A stretch of DNA of 64,000 bases from an uncultured Candidatus Competibacteraceae bacterium (lineage in GTDB: Bacteria > Bacteroidota > Bacteroidia > CAIKAF01), in the NCBI GenBank assembly GCA_964599915.1, contig CAZRHR010000005.1, positions 3,145-67,144 of the forward strand. Reading direction: 5' to 3'. Made by a program: the position numbers and the translations under genes. Positions 1 through 9,138 of this stretch are shown in pieces. The notes beneath the pieces were generated by a model. The model did not search any database. It worked only from the letters and a program-made list of their open reading frames with translations, and was not told the DNA's origin. Each line of letters starts with the position of its first letter. The first letter of the stretch is position 1.

Positions 1-144
1 GTAAGCAACACCTTCTAAACGCTTGGTGTTGGAGGTTTTGCGCAACAAACAACGCACTTCATATCCGGATTGCACCAAAGCGTGCACCACCCGGCTGCCA
101 ATAAAACCGGCACCTCCGGTTACAAAAATTTTTCCTTTGCTCAT
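1..144 (-). CDS. NAD-dependent epimerase/dehydratase (extended SDR), 5' part only; runs off the window edge
   Basis: Manual translation from ATG at 144: MSKGKIFVTGGAGFIGSRVVHALVQSGYEVRCLLRKTSN, containing the Rossmann TGGAGFIG motif. Not in the ORF track. Confidence 0.85.
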   Translation of the reverse strand, partial: MSKGKIFVTGGAGFIGSRVVHALVQSGYEVRCLLRKTSNTKRLEGVAY

Positions 145-453
145 GGAACCTGTTCAAATGATTTTTCAAGGTGAAATTAGCAAAAGGTTTTGACATGTCC
201 ACCTTATGTCAATGTCTTTGATTATGTTGGATTTATCTTTTGGGCGCCTGCCGCGTGATTCCCGCTAAAACCTTTTTATCTGCAAGTATTTTTTCCTATT
301 CCGCTTTTTGTTGTCTTGGGGCGGCACCGGGTGCTATGCGAAAAGCCCTTCGCCGAAAGCCCTACGCTCTGGCGCAAAATCCTGCGGCTACGGGGCTTTC
401 TGCGTCGCCCCCTGGCGCAGCGTTCCGGAAAGTCTTTGGCTGGCGGTCAGGAT

Positions 454-1647
454 TTAAATACCAAATTCGACCTGAAACATGAGCAACCAGCCATTTTCCT
501 GGCGACTCAAATCCCAAAAGGAACCGCGCACATCATACCCTAAAAATCCCTGCGCCTTGATGCGGTGATCTCGGATGTAGTAATTGTACCCCATGGCGGC
601 TTGCGACCGCTCCGGATAAAAAGCCCGCGCGGATGCATCCGGCACATACGTACTATAACGTCCTACAATTTCTGAGCGTTTACTGAGCATATATCCCGCG
701 GTAGCCATCCACCCATAGCCGGTAAATGGAACGACGTTTTCACTGGCCAGCGGCGTGCGGGGTGCATGCCGGTAAAGTAATTCCCCCAAAACACTGAATC
801 CTTTATATTTAAAGCATACATCCGTCATGGCGCTATACATGTCGGTGGGAACGTCCAAGGGTCTGCCCAGCGTCCCTCCTGAAAATCTTGCGTTTTGGTT
901 ATAGTGTCCCACCACACCCACAGATAATTTGGGTTTGGTTTCTCGTTCCAAATCTCCTTCGGAATACGCTCCTCCATTTTTAAATTTTCCCAAGGGCAGG
1001 TATTCTAGTCTCAGGGTGTAGGCCAGGCCATTGTCAAACGAAACACCACCTCGACCATCGCCAACGGTTAAAGCGGTTTTTACGCCCAAATAATGATTTT
1101 TAGCTTTGAGGTCATAATACCCGAAAAAGCCGAAATCCCGGTCCAAGGTGAGGAAGTTATTGGCCAAGCTGCGATCCGGCATTTGAAGATTTCCCGATGA
1201 GTTGACCCGTTGTCGGTTGCCCGGAAGTTTACTTTGACCAAAACCGAAATACAGGTTTTTACGCGGAAAATAATAGACCATGGCGTCGCGAACCGGAAAC
1301 GGGACGTCCCCATTGTCTAAGTTCATGTCGCTTTGGCTAAAGGAAAGCTGGATGTAGTAAGCCAGTTTCGGCGTGCCTACAAATCCATCGAAGCGCAAAC
1401 GTAACCTTCTTACCCTGGCCTCAAATGATTCTATATGTAAGTCTTCTCCGCTGGTGGAATACATGCCGAAACGGTTTTGCATCCTAAAGCGAAGGTTCAT
1501 GAGAAATAAAGAATCTTTGGAGAAACTAATACCGTTCTCGACATTTAATAAGGGTTGTTCATCTGATTCCACCTGAGCTGCCAAAGGCAAGCATCCCAAG
1601 CATGTAAAGATGAATCCCCATAACCCATGGGAACTTATGCGCTTCAT
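454..1647 (-). CDS. Phosphate-selective porin OprO/OprP family outer-membrane protein
   Basis: Signal peptide ending AAQ; motifs RVRRLRLRFDG, FGQSKLPGNRQRVNSSGNLQ and DRDFG; alternating beta strands; C-terminal QVEFGI. Confidence 0.8.
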   Translation of the reverse strand: MKRISSHGLWGFIFTCLGCLPLAAQVESDEQPLLNVENGISFSKDSLFLMNLRFRMQNRFGMYSTSGEDLHIESFEARVRRLRLRFDGFVGTPKLAYYIQLSFSQSDMNLDNGDVPFPVRDAMVYYFPRKNLYFGFGQSKLPGNRQRVNSSGNLQMPDRSLANNFLTLDRDFGFFGYYDLKAKNHYLGVKTALTVGDGRGGVSFDNGLAYTLRLEYLPLGKFKNGGAYSEGDLERETKPKLSVGVVGHYNQNARFSGGTLGRPLDVPTDMYSAMTDVCFKYKGFSVLGELLYRHAPRTPLASENVVPFTGYGWMATAGYMLSKRSEIVGRYSTYVPDASARAFYPERSQAAMGYNYYIRDHRIKAQGFLGYDVRGSFWDLSRQENGWLLMFQVEFGI

Positions 1648-1690
1648 GCGACCAAAGTTAGGGAATTGTTATGGAAGCTGTTTTTGGAAA

Positions 1691-3790
1691 TCAAGCAATC
1701 ACAGCGCCTGGCTGCGTAAGATTTTCCGGCGACATAAACACGAGTTTGCCATCGGGTTGTTCCGCCATCAGAATCATGCCTTCGCTTTCAATGCCTCTTA
1801 GTTTTCGTGGCGCTAAATTGATGAGCACACAAACTTGCTTACCTACGATTTCTTCCGGGGTATAATGGGCTGCGATGCCGGAAACCACCGTCCGCTGGTT
1901 TACCCCCACTTCTAGGGTGAGCTTTAATAATTTATCGGCTTTGGGAACACGCTCAGCAGCTAAAATAGTCCCGACCCGTAAATCGATTCGCGCAAAATCT
2001 TCATACGTGATGGTTTCCTTCGAAGGCGCCACTGCCATTTCTTGGTTGGTTTCTGCCGGTGTGTCTTGGGTGGGTGCTGCGGCCTGCGCCATGGCTTCTA
2101 ATTTTTCCATTTGGGCTTGTACGTCGGTGTCTTCGATTTTCTTAAAAAGTATTTCCGGAGTATTTAGGGTGTGTCCCACTTCCCATTCAATGGGGGCATG
2201 CCACCCATAACTGGTTTTAGGGAGGCCCAGCATGGAAAAAATTTTCTTGGATGAAAAAGGTAAATACGGTTGCAATCCTGCACCAAGATGGGCAATCAAG
2301 CGCACCATATCTTCCAGCACCACCCGAACTTGATTTGGGTCGGTGGCAAACCGTTTCCAAGGTTCATTTTCTGTAAGGTACCGGTTCCCAAATCGGGCCA
2401 ATTCCATCACATCCTGTAAGCCTTGTCGGAATTTATACTGGGAAATACTTTGGTCCAGCGCATCGTACATGGCGCCCACCTGTGCCTGTAATTTTTCATC
2501 TGAAAACTGTCCGGTGGATAGCAGTTTTCCTTCAAAATATTTGTGGTGTAAAATCAGTACCCGGTGGATCAGGTTACCTAAAACGGCCACCAATTCTGAG
2601 TTCACACGGGTTTGATAATCTTTCCATGTAAATTCACTGTCGCCGGTTTCCGGTGCAATAGAGGTGAGTACATACCTGAGTTCGTCTTCTCTTTCCGGAA
2701 GATCGGTCAGGTATTCATGTAGCCAAACGGCGTGGTTTCTCGAGGTGGAAATTTTTTGTCCTTCTAAGTTCAAAAATTCATTGGCAGGTACATTGTCCGG
2801 TAAAATAAAGCCACCATGGGCTTTCAGCAGCATGGGGAAAATAATACAATGGAAAACGATGTTGTCTTTGCCAATAAAATGGATGAGTTTGGTGTCCGGA
2901 TCGGTCCACCATTTTTCCCAAGGTTCTCCTTTTTCTTTGGCCCAGGCTTTGGTGGCAGAAATGTAACCAATGGGGGCATCGAGCCACACATAAAGCACTT
3001 TTCCTTCGGCACCAGGTAAAGGAACGGGAACGCCCCAGTCTAAATCGCGGGTCATGGCCCTGGGCCGTAAACCTTCTTTGAGCCAGGCTTGGCATTGTCC
3101 GCGAACATTGGATTTCCAAGTTTCTGCCACATGGGTTTGAATGGGAAATGCCCTTCCGGGAAAATCACCTGTTTCTATCCAAGCTTTAATCCATGCTTCA
3201 TGGTCTTGCATGGGCAAATACCAATGTTTGGTGGGCTTTTTGATGGGCGTAACGCCACTTAAAGTACTTATAGGATTTCCTAAATCATTGGGATTTAGCG
3301 TGGAACCACATTTTTCACATTGGTCTCCATAGGCCGAAGGATGGGCACAGACGGGACAGGTGCCTGTAATGTAGCGATCCGCAAGGAATACATTGAATTC
3401 AGGATCAAAAAACTGGTCGGATACTTCTTCTGTAAAGACGCCTTTTTCGGCCAGTTTTAAGAAGAAATCTGAAGCTGTTTTTTTATGATGTTCGGCGGAG
3501 GTTCGGTCAAATACATCGAAATCAATGCCCAATTGTTTAAAGGCTACTTGATTGATGCCGTGGTATTTGTCAATGATTTCTTGGGGCGTAATGCCTTCTT
3601 TTCTAGCGCGTAGGGTAATGGCTGCGCCATGTTCATCCGAGCCGCAGATAAAGGCCACTTCATGGCCATGAAGCCGTTGGTGACGAACAAAAATATCTGC
3701 AGGCAAATAGGCTCCGGCCAAATGGCCAATATGCAATGGGCCATTGGCATAAGGCAAGGCCGCCGTTATGGTAAAACGCTTGATGGACAT
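1691..3790 (-). CDS. metG: Methionine--tRNA ligase with C-terminal tRNA-binding (Trbp111-like) domain
   Basis: PYANGPLHIGH motif, Zn knuckle CPVC...CEKC, KISTS (KMSKS-like) motif, C-terminal DLRVGTI...ESEGMIL. Confidence 0.98.
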   Translation of the reverse strand: MSIKRFTITAALPYANGPLHIGHLAGAYLPADIFVRHQRLHGHEVAFICGSDEHGAAITLRARKEGITPQEIIDKYHGINQVAFKQLGIDFDVFDRTSAEHHKKTASDFFLKLAEKGVFTEEVSDQFFDPEFNVFLADRYITGTCPVCAHPSAYGDQCEKCGSTLNPNDLGNPISTLSGVTPIKKPTKHWYLPMQDHEAWIKAWIETGDFPGRAFPIQTHVAETWKSNVRGQCQAWLKEGLRPRAMTRDLDWGVPVPLPGAEGKVLYVWLDAPIGYISATKAWAKEKGEPWEKWWTDPDTKLIHFIGKDNIVFHCIIFPMLLKAHGGFILPDNVPANEFLNLEGQKISTSRNHAVWLHEYLTDLPEREDELRYVLTSIAPETGDSEFTWKDYQTRVNSELVAVLGNLIHRVLILHHKYFEGKLLSTGQFSDEKLQAQVGAMYDALDQSISQYKFRQGLQDVMELARFGNRYLTENEPWKRFATDPNQVRVVLEDMVRLIAHLGAGLQPYLPFSSKKIFSMLGLPKTSYGWHAPIEWEVGHTLNTPEILFKKIEDTDVQAQMEKLEAMAQAAAPTQDTPAETNQEMAVAPSKETITYEDFARIDLRVGTILAAERVPKADKLLKLTLEVGVNQRTVVSGIAAHYTPEEIVGKQVCVLINLAPRKLRGIESEGMILMAEQPDGKLVFMSPENLTQPGAVIA

Positions 3791-3823
3791 AGGACAAAGA
3801 TAAGGGAGGAAAGGGTTGGGTGA

Positions 3824-6013
3824 TTAATTTCCCAAATCTGAAATAAATTTTACCCGAATGAGCCGCAATTCATCTTCTTCATAAACGTCGCCATACTCAT
3901 CGATAAGTACTTGTACATCTGCGGATTCTGAATTTCTGAGCAGGTCATACATGTCCTCTACATCATCGCTATCTACCTTGTCACCAAGGAAATAACTTAG
4001 GTCGATGCGTGTGCCTGTATTCACAATGCCTTCCAGTTCATGGGCCAATTCTGCCATGCTCATGCCTTTGTTACGGGCAAAATCGTCCAATGGGATTTTC
4101 CGGTCAATGGCATGGATCACGGCCACTTTCATATCGGATTTGTTGGCTACGGATTTCACCACGACTTCTCCGGGCCGCTCTACTTCGTGGGTTTCCACGT
4201 AGTGGGCAATCAAATCTGCGAAAGCTTGTCCGAATTTTTTGGCTTTTCCTTCACCTACCCCATTGATTTTTTGAAGTTCATCTAAGGTAATAGGGTAGTG
4301 GGTTGCCATTTCCTCGAGGGTGGGATCCTGAAAAATGACAAAAGGCGGAAGTTTCATTTTCCTGGCCATGTCCTTTCTCTGGTCTTTGAGCAAGGCCATC
4401 AGGGTTTGGTCCAAGGCGCCGGCACCTTTTTCCCGATGCAAAATTTCTGCCTCTTCCGCTTCTTCGTCAAAATCCCGGTCTAAGGTGAAAGCCAATGACC
4501 ACGGATTTTTTAGAAAAGCCTGACCTTCAGGACCAAGGTATATGGTGCCGTAGTTTTCTATTTCTTTGGCCAGCAAGTTATGTACCAACGCTTGGCGAAT
4601 GACCGCATGCCAAAATTTATCATTTTTTTCTGCCCCTTTCCCAAACACTTCCAATTGGTCGTGCTTGTAAGTTTTTACGCTATTAGATAAGATTCCGCAA
4701 AGTACTTCCACCAAATGTTTGGCTTTGAAGCGTCCCCGAAGCATGCCAATGGTTTCCAACACTTGGGTGACATAAGGTGCCGCTTCGAAAGTGGTTTTTG
4801 GGTGAACGCAATTGTCACACATTCCACAATGGGCCTCGTTGTAGGATTCCCCAAAATAGTGGAGCAAGGCTTTTCTTCGGCAAGAAGAGGTTTCCGCAAA
4901 AGCGACCACTTCTTGCATCAGGAGCTTGTTAATTTCTTGTTCGGCTACGGGTTTTCCGGCCAGCAGCTTTTCTAGTTTGACGATGTCATTATAATCATAA
5001 AACGCCACACATTTTCCTTCTCCACCATCTCGTCCGGCTCTACCTGTTTCCTGGTAATACGATTCCAAACTTTTCGGAATGTCATGGTGTAGGATAAACC
5101 GAATATCCGGTTTATCGATGCCCATACCAAAAGCAATGGTGGCTACAATCACTTCTACTTGCTCATGCAAAAACAAATCCTGGTTTTTGGATCGGGTTTT
5201 TGAATCTAAGCCTGCATGATAGGGTACGGCATTTACTCCATTCACCACGAGGGTTTCCGCGAGTTCTTCTACTTTTCTTCGGCTTTGGCAATAGACAATA
5301 CCGGATTTGCCAGGGTTCGCTTTTACATACCGGATAATATCTCTGCTCACTTCTTTTTTGGGCCGGATCTCATAATAAAGATTGGGCCGGTTAAAGGAAT
5401 CTTTATAAATGGTGGCATCGGTCATGCCCAAGTTTTTCAGGATGTCATGCTGAACTTTGGGTGTGGCAGTGGCCGTGAGTGCGATGATAGGAACCCTGTC
5501 TATTTCTTCAATGATGGGGCGTAGCCGACGATATTCCGGACGGAAATCGTGTCCCCATTCGGAAATGCAATGGGCCTCATCAATGGCAAAAAAGGAAATT
5601 TGAATGGATTGAAGAAATTGGACGTTTTCCTCTTTGGTCAAAGATTCCGGCGCCACATAAAGGATTTTCGTTAAGCCCGATACAATATCTGCTTTTACCT
5701 TTTCACGGTCGGATTTAGATAGTGATGAATTGAAAAAGTGCGCAATACCGTCGTCCTCACCATGGCCACGGATGGAGTCCACCTGATTTTTCATCAAAGC
5801 AATCAATGGACTAACTACGATGGCCGTGCCCGGCGAAATTAGGGCTGGAAGTTGGTAGCACAAAGACTTACCGCCTCCGGTGGGCATAATCACAAACGTG
5901 TCCTGACCATCCAATATAGTTTGGATGATTTTCTCCTGCTGGCCTTTAAAAGCTTCGAAACCGAAATACTTTTTAAGCTGTACTCCTAACGATATATCTG
6001 CAACCTCACTCAT
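3824..6013 (-). CDS. recQ: ATP-dependent DNA helicase RecQ
   Basis: MPTGGGKSLCYQLP, DEAHCISEWGHDFRPEY, QETGRAGRDG, Zn-binding Cys cluster, RQC and HRDC domains. Confidence 0.97.
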   Translation of the reverse strand: MSEVADISLGVQLKKYFGFEAFKGQQEKIIQTILDGQDTFVIMPTGGGKSLCYQLPALISPGTAIVVSPLIALMKNQVDSIRGHGEDDGIAHFFNSSLSKSDREKVKADIVSGLTKILYVAPESLTKEENVQFLQSIQISFFAIDEAHCISEWGHDFRPEYRRLRPIIEEIDRVPIIALTATATPKVQHDILKNLGMTDATIYKDSFNRPNLYYEIRPKKEVSRDIIRYVKANPGKSGIVYCQSRRKVEELAETLVVNGVNAVPYHAGLDSKTRSKNQDLFLHEQVEVIVATIAFGMGIDKPDIRFILHHDIPKSLESYYQETGRAGRDGGEGKCVAFYDYNDIVKLEKLLAGKPVAEQEINKLLMQEVVAFAETSSCRRKALLHYFGESYNEAHCGMCDNCVHPKTTFEAAPYVTQVLETIGMLRGRFKAKHLVEVLCGILSNSVKTYKHDQLEVFGKGAEKNDKFWHAVIRQALVHNLLAKEIENYGTIYLGPEGQAFLKNPWSLAFTLDRDFDEEAEEAEILHREKGAGALDQTLMALLKDQRKDMARKMKLPPFVIFQDPTLEEMATHYPITLDELQKINGVGEGKAKKFGQAFADLIAHYVETHEVERPGEVVVKSVANKSDMKVAVIHAIDRKIPLDDFARNKGMSMAELAHELEGIVNTGTRIDLSYFLGDKVDSDDVEDMYDLLRNSESADVQVLIDEYGDVYEEDELRLIRVKFISDLGN

Positions 6014-6143
6014 GAATACCTCTTGTTCTCTTCTTTTCCTAATTAAGTTAAACGCTGCATATATTGAAATCTTGTGAATAACACCAGATTTTTTTTACAA
6101 CATTATCTTAAAACCTCGTATCCTAAATTTAACTAAACAATAT

Positions 6144-8330
6144 TTAATTTCCAAATTTTAGATGTCGGTTTAGGTGCGTGGTGATTTTTTCCATCAAATG
6201 CAACCTGTCTGGCCCTACTACGTTGTGTTTGTGGGTGGGATAAAGGAATAAGTCTACCGGCTTATTCTTGGCAATGCAGGCTTGAACAAACTCCATGGCA
6301 TGTTGGGGAACCACTACATCATCCTGTGCGCCATGAATCACCAAAATGGGCATGTTTACTTGTGCCGCTTTTCCTGTGAGCGCGGTGCGTGCATAACCTT
6401 CAGGATTTTCTTGAGGGGTATCCATATAGCGTTCACCATACATTACTTCATACCATTTCCAATCGACCACCGGGCCGCCGGCTACGCCACAAGCAAATGT
6501 TTTAGGATATTTGGTTAGCATGGATAAAGTCATGAAACCACCATAACTCCACCCATGTACCCCGATGCGGGTGCTATCTGTTTCAGGTAAAGTTTTTAGA
6601 TACTTGACCCCTTCCATTTGGTCGGCGACTTCTGCCACACCAAGATTCCGGTGTATCACGGACTCAAAATCATATCCACGATGCGCTGACCCTCGATTGT
6701 CCAACGTGAACACCACATAACCCTGCATGGCCATGTAATAATCCCATAAGCGTGCACCTTGTAACCAACCATTGGTGATCATTTGGGCGTGCGGACCTCC
6801 ATACACATAAATAAGTACAGGTTTTTTCTTTCCCGGATTCACGCGTTCATCAATGATGAGGCGACCATATAACGGTGTTTTTCCATCGGCGGCCATCACC
6901 GTTATCACTTTTGCTTTGGGCAAAACAAGTCCGGCTTTGGCAAAAGGAGAGGGCGCGGTGTACACTTGGATGGGCTTTTTCCCAATGGAAACCATATACG
7001 CTTCATAGGGCGATCCGGGGTGGTTCCCTTCCATCCAAACCTGTTTTCCGTCCGGGGAGAGTTGGGCAGTCCACATACCGGGTCCGGGATCCAGACGGGT
7101 CCATTTTCCAGATTTTACTTCCAGCCACTCAATGTTCCTATCCAAGGGGGAAGAACGCGTAGTTTGCAGTAAAAGATGGGTGCCCTCAGGATGAACACCT
7201 AAGATATCTACCACCTCAAAATCTCCATGGGTTAGGTTTTTTATTAGTTTTCCATCCTTGTGATACAAGTAAAGGTGATTGAATCCGGAACGTTCACTAT
7301 GCCAAACCAATACGTCTGGTTGTCTGGGTAAAAAGGTAATCGGATGCTCCGGTTCTACCCAGGCTTTGGCGGTTTCGGTGAAAAGGGTACGTTTGGCCAA
7401 ACCGGTTTTGGGGTCAAATGCCCGCAATTCTAAAGTGTCCTGTCCCCGGTTGAGTACCCCAACGTAGATTTCGTCACCTGTGGCATTCCAGGTTACGGAC
7501 GTGAGGTATTGATCTACAGGGCCTTTTACGTGTAAGTAAATGGTTTCCTGGGTTTGGGCATCGAAAATGCCAATTTTCACTTGTTCACTGGTCTCACCAG
7601 CCATGGGGTAACGAATAGGCGTCTGCTGGGCGATTCGTGTATCCGTAACGACCAAAGGATATTCTGCCACCATGCTTTCATCCTTGCGGTAAAAGGCCAG
7701 CTTTTTTCCTGCGGGAGAAAAAAACATCCCCTTTTGAATGCCGAATTCCTGCCGATGTACATAACCTGAACCAGATACAACACCTGGATTTTGTTCAAAG
7801 GTGACGGGTTGAGGTTCAGTTATGCCTGGTTTAATTAAAAAAATATTGGCACCACGTGTATACACGGTGTAGCCGGAAACCTCATGGAATTGTTCGTCAT
7901 TTCCGCCTTCAGGAATTTGGATGATACCAGCCGGGATGTTGGACACTTGGGGTAAACATCCGGGACAAGGCAGGCTCCATTTTTCTTTTAATGAAACCAC
8001 CCAGCGCTCGCCTTTTACCCGAAAACTCACCAATTCAGGCGTGAGCCATTGCAAGAGCGGGATGCGTGGCACGGCTAATCCGGTGGCTTTTTTAAACATG
8101 TCCAAAGTGGAAAGCATGGTTTTTTGCCCATTGTTTTGAATGGCCCACAGGGTGTCACGGTGCATCACGGTGAACTGCTGGGGTGAACGCCATGTGCCGC
8201 CGTACATGCGCTCAGTACGGTAGACATCGCCTTGCCCAAGGGTCGCATCGCGCAAAGTCAGGTTAGATTGTGCGGATACGCTTTCAAAACAAAGGAACGC
8301 AAGTCCCCAAAAGATGGCTTTCCTGGTCAT
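6144..8330 (-). CDS. S9B dipeptidyl-peptidase IV family peptidase
   Basis: DPP IV N-terminal propeller (YPMAGETS), nucleophile motif GWSYGGF, Asp motif DDVV, His motif HKHNV; signal peptide. Confidence 0.93.
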   Translation of the reverse strand: MTRKAIFWGLAFLCFESVSAQSNLTLRDATLGQGDVYRTERMYGGTWRSPQQFTVMHRDTLWAIQNNGQKTMLSTLDMFKKATGLAVPRIPLLQWLTPELVSFRVKGERWVVSLKEKWSLPCPGCLPQVSNIPAGIIQIPEGGNDEQFHEVSGYTVYTRGANIFLIKPGITEPQPVTFEQNPGVVSGSGYVHRQEFGIQKGMFFSPAGKKLAFYRKDESMVAEYPLVVTDTRIAQQTPIRYPMAGETSEQVKIGIFDAQTQETIYLHVKGPVDQYLTSVTWNATGDEIYVGVLNRGQDTLELRAFDPKTGLAKRTLFTETAKAWVEPEHPITFLPRQPDVLVWHSERSGFNHLYLYHKDGKLIKNLTHGDFEVVDILGVHPEGTHLLLQTTRSSPLDRNIEWLEVKSGKWTRLDPGPGMWTAQLSPDGKQVWMEGNHPGSPYEAYMVSIGKKPIQVYTAPSPFAKAGLVLPKAKVITVMAADGKTPLYGRLIIDERVNPGKKKPVLIYVYGGPHAQMITNGWLQGARLWDYYMAMQGYVVFTLDNRGSAHRGYDFESVIHRNLGVAEVADQMEGVKYLKTLPETDSTRIGVHGWSYGGFMTLSMLTKYPKTFACGVAGGPVVDWKWYEVMYGERYMDTPQENPEGYARTALTGKAAQVNMPILVIHGAQDDVVVPQHAMEFVQACIAKNKPVDLFLYPTHKHNVVGPDRLHLMEKITTHLNRHLKFGN

Positions 8331-8333
8331 GTG

Positions 8334-9104
8334 TTAGTCGAATCGAAGGTGTTTTACAGATTCTCCGGAGTCTCTGAGCTCCCGGAGGGCTTCAATGCCA
8401 ATGTTGAGGTGTTGTTCGGCAAATTTGCTGGTGACCTGCTTGTCGTTGGCGGCTGTTTTTACGCCTTCCGGAACCAATGGGTTGTCAGAAACCAGTAGAA
8501 GTGCGCCGTGTGGAATAGAGTTGGCAAAGCCGGTGGTGAAGATGGTGGCGGTTTCCATATCAATGGCGGTGGCTCTGATTTCCCTGAGGTAATCTTTGAA
8601 CTTGATGTCATGTTCCCAAACCCTACGGTTGGTGGTATACACGGTTCCGGTCCAATAATCGGCTTCAAATTTCCGGATCATCGCTGAAACCGCCATTTGA
8701 AGTCGGAAAGAAGGCAAAGCCGGCACCTCGGGCGGGAGGTAGTCATTAGAGGTTCCTTCTCCCCGAATCGCTGCAATCGGTAAAACCAAATCTCCAATTT
8801 TGGTTTTTTTCAACCCGCCTGTTTTTCCAAGAAAAAGGACGGCTCTGGGCTGTACCGCACTCAGCAAGTCCATCACGGTAGCCGCCATGGCCGATCCCAT
8901 TCCGAAATTTACTATGGTGATGTTTTCAGCAGTAGCCGTTTGCATCGGCTTATCTTTTCCATATACTTCTACCCCAAATTTTTCTGCAAATTTGTACACG
9001 TAATTGTGGAAATTTACCAAAAGGATAAATTGGCCAAAGGCCTCCAGAGGCGTTCCCGTGTATCTGGGTAGCCAATCTTTTACAATTTCTTCTTTGGTTT
9101 CCAT
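8334..9104 (-). CDS. amn: AMP nucleosidase (short Bacteroidota form, PNP/UDP family)
   Basis: WLPRYTG, NFGMGSAMAATVMDLL, RGEGTSNDYLP and DMETAT motifs. Confidence 0.9.
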   Translation of the reverse strand: METKEEIVKDWLPRYTGTPLEAFGQFILLVNFHNYVYKFAEKFGVEVYGKDKPMQTATAENITIVNFGMGSAMAATVMDLLSAVQPRAVLFLGKTGGLKKTKIGDLVLPIAAIRGEGTSNDYLPPEVPALPSFRLQMAVSAMIRKFEADYWTGTVYTTNRRVWEHDIKFKDYLREIRATAIDMETATIFTTGFANSIPHGALLLVSDNPLVPEGVKTAANDKQVTSKFAEQHLNIGIEALRELRDSGESVKHLRFD

Positions 9105-9138
9105 GCGATATCTTTAGTGTTCATTTGATAGACGACAA

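Noticed and set aside
318-411. Cloverleaf-like element as a tRNA
   Set aside because: No D-loop or T-loop (TTCGA) consensus, no 7-nt anticodon arm geometry and no CCA end.
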